NCBI GenBank assembly: GCA_951406725.2
Contig: OX597820.1
Location: 105,524,001 to 105,588,000, forward strand
Reading direction: 5' to 3'
Source of the DNA: Octopus vulgaris
Taxonomy: Eukaryota
Length of the DNA stretch: 64,000 nt
Each line of letters starts with the position of its first letter. Position 1 is the first letter of the stretch. Position numbers and translations under genes: made by a program. Of this stretch, positions 61,180 through 64,000 are shown piece by piece. The notes beneath the pieces are model-generated. The model made no database searches and was not told the origin of the DNA. It worked only from the letters and a program-made list of their open reading frames with translations.

Positions 61180-63155
61180 ACCAATGATATGCTGAACATT
61201 ATGGCTGTTAAAATTGTAGATTGTCTTCAAAACAAATATTTTAAAGCTTCGTCATAAAATGAAGGCATTTTTTTCAGGGAAAAGGGTGAAATAAGTTGCT
61301 GTGTTGAATTTTATTCGAAATGAAAAAGAGGCAATCAGGAAAATTGCTTTCTTGTAGAAAAGAAAAGAATTAAATTTTTGATGCTATTCCTTTTAAAACC
61401 ATAACTATCGTTTTAAGTCTGAAATAAGTGCATGGTATTACAACAAAGGGTTCGAATGACGGAAATGTGAACAGAGCCCTTCCCCGCTCTCTCTACTCTT
61501 TTACTTGTTTCAGTCATTTGACTGCGACCATGTTGGAGCACTGCCTTTAGTCGAGCAAAGGGACTTATTCTTTGTAAGCCCAGTACTTATTCTGTCAGTC
61601 TATTTTGCTGAACCGCTAAATGACTGGGACGTAAGCACACCATCGGTTGTCAAGCAATGCTAGGGGGACAAACATATACACACACACACACACACATATA
61701 CATATATATATATTATATATAAATACGACAGGCTTCTTTCAGTCTCCGTCTACCAAATCCACACAAAGCATTGGTCGGCCCGGGGCTATAGCAGAATACA
61801 CTTGCCCAAGATGCCACGCAGTGAGACTGAACCCGGAACCAAGTAGTTGATTAGCAAGCTACTTACCACACAGCCACTCCTGTGCCACGGAAAAATTTTG
61901 TTATAAAATCCCATGTTTTAGGCTGTGGAAATTCTGATTCTTAAACAAAATTTCAAAGAAACAACTGTTCTTAGACAAGACTGACCTTTCATTGGCCAGT
62001 GTTTACTCATCCCCTCTTCTGGTGTGGAGGATTTCCTGCTCCTTTTGACAAGCCTATGGACCTGGTACCAACATGTTCTATTCATTTCTTGGTCTTCAAC
62101 AACAGAATGGCACTTTGCAATTCATGTGAATTGACATTACAAGATGGAATTCGCCAATTTAATAATGACAGTGAGGCACTAGGTTTCTTTTGCAAACACA
62201 ATGTTCTTCCCTGTACTGTAGATTGCCTTACATGTCATTTAGCTTGTACATTCCGTGAAAACAAGCACCTTCCCATGTCGAATGACTTTGCTGTTGATGA
62301 CAAAGGCCCACTGATTGGATATTCTGTATCCCTGTGCTAGAGCACCTTTTTAGAGTGGAGCCAGGTACCACCATGTAAAGTTCTTTTGTTTGTGAACTAC
62401 TTTCTCACAGACTGTTGGTCATGGAGGATTTCATATCTGACCTCAGTTGATTGGCCATCCTTCTGTTACGAGGTTTGTCAGCATTGGGTAGAGAATCCCT
62501 AGGATTAAATCTGTGGACCAGGGGTCAAAGTGGAAATTGAGACGGTTATTGTAAGGAGAAAATATCATTGTAGAAGACTTATAAAAACTATCTGGCTTTT
62601 CAGTGGGATAGAACGAGATGAAAGGCAAGATGCTGCCACACTGATCCCTCTATATGCTAAGGGTCCATAGTATATAGCGATTCTTGGGCTGCATATAATT
62701 CTCTGGGAAATCTTGGGTATACCCACTTACAGGTCAACCACAGCGAAAATTTTGTAGATCCTACAAACACGGTGAACACTCAGATGATAGATTGTGAGGA
62801 TTGGTGGTTTGCCCAGGCATTCGTGCCAATTTTTTTAAAGCAATGCCTCTCTAGATTCCTATTTATGGAAAGCGTTAAACCTGCTGCCAGGAGAATACAC
62901 GTATTCTTATTGGCAGCAGCAAGTCTTTATCCTGGCCTGAGATAATTTTTTCCTCCAAACACAACCCATCTCATTTCTTTATCATCTCTGTCGATGGACC
63001 ACTCAAAGAGGTATACATTATCATTTTCATAACAATTTCTGTTGTATTTCAAAATTTTCTTTAAATGGTGTAATCTACGTTTGTGAAGCTTTAAAATATT
63101 TGTATTGAAGACAATCTACAATTTTAACAGCCATAATGTTCAGCACATCATTGGT
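61180..63155 (+). mobile_element. Older degenerate Merlin element with a nested SINE
   Basis: About 70-bp inverted arms (accaatgatatgctgaacattatggctgttaaaattgtag.. and its reverse at 63085-63155). Transposase relics VEI..RRKYH..WLF..IER (about 62530-62620) and GYTHLQVNHSENFVDP (about 62716-62763). Confidence 0.75.
61490..61886 (-). mobile_element. tRNA-derived SINE
   Basis: Reverse complement of the 10034 family. Confidence 0.85.
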
Positions 63156-64000
63156 AATTGAAGGATAATACCTGCTTAATGATTTGACTGTTCACTTTTT
63201 CTAATGTCATGGGCAGTCAAACCTTCCTTCAGTGACATATCAAGCTGGATAATTTTATTTTTGTTAATCCTTTTAACACTGGACAAATTCAGAAAATTTT
63301 ATGTTAATTCAGAAATTGGGTTTTACTCTACAATTTAGGAAAGGAAAAAAAACTATGCTGTCTGAGGTGGAGACCCATTCCCATCCACACTTCACAAAAG
63401 ACAATTTTTTCACATCAAGTAACAAGAATCAAATACTTATACTGGTGGGTAGGAAAACTACATATAGGAGATACTGAAAATGTATTGCAAAAGTGGAATT
63501 TTTTTTTCTTTTTGGTGAATAATTTATATTACAGGAATGACTTTAGAAAATTTTATTTGGCAGTAAAAAAGGTTAATGCATACAAGGGGTATTCATTAGC
63601 CCTTTTGTTGTATTTATTTTGAGATGCACTGTTTCTTTCAGTTCAAATATAACTCAAGTATTTGACCAGTACTTATTCCATCCCCTCCCCACCCAAGAAT
63701 GAAGGACAAAGCTGACCTCGGTAGAATTTGAACTGAGAACGTAAAGATGGGCGAAATATTACCAAACAGAGCTTGTCTGGTGTAGTAGGAAATTTACCAG
63801 CTTGCAGCCATCAGACCACTTTCTAATAACCCGACAATCCGAATATCTGCAACCGTATATTGCTGGCCAGGATCGCTTATGCCTGAAATGGAGGCTATAA
63901 TGCATTTCTGCCATATTTATCACTACACAAGAAAAATTGTATTTAAAAGATATTTCCGACACGAAGCACTATTAGATCTATTATTAATGCTTTGTGTCCA

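Overview
AT-rich, repeat-dense animal genomic DNA. The SINE and RTE families point to an octopus (coleoid cephalopod), which is an inference. Three protein-coding genes can be reconstructed. (1) A single-coding-exon class A GPCR (+, 35636-36637). (2) NDUFB10/PDSW (-, 4 coding exons, 51007-40050, 163 aa). (3) RPL3 (+, 8 coding exons, 51444-59879, 402 aa). NDUFB10 and RPL3 are head-to-head with ATGs only 437 bp apart, the same arrangement I recall for human RPL3L-NDUFB10. The RPL3 introns hold a candidate H/ACA snoRNA (intron 7) and a structured cryptic 3' splice site leading to a premature stop (intron 3, candidate AS-NMD switch). They also hold a Merlin (IS1595-like) transposon, a Merlin-type MITE and several fold-back repeats. 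The rest of the window is RTE, CR1, R4-like and Penelope-like retroelement remains, tRNA-derived SINEs (some in tandem arrays), Helitron-like units, hAT/piggyBac-like MITEs and long (TA)n-type microsatellites. Most short ORFs in the ORF track are microsatellite or antisense artefacts.
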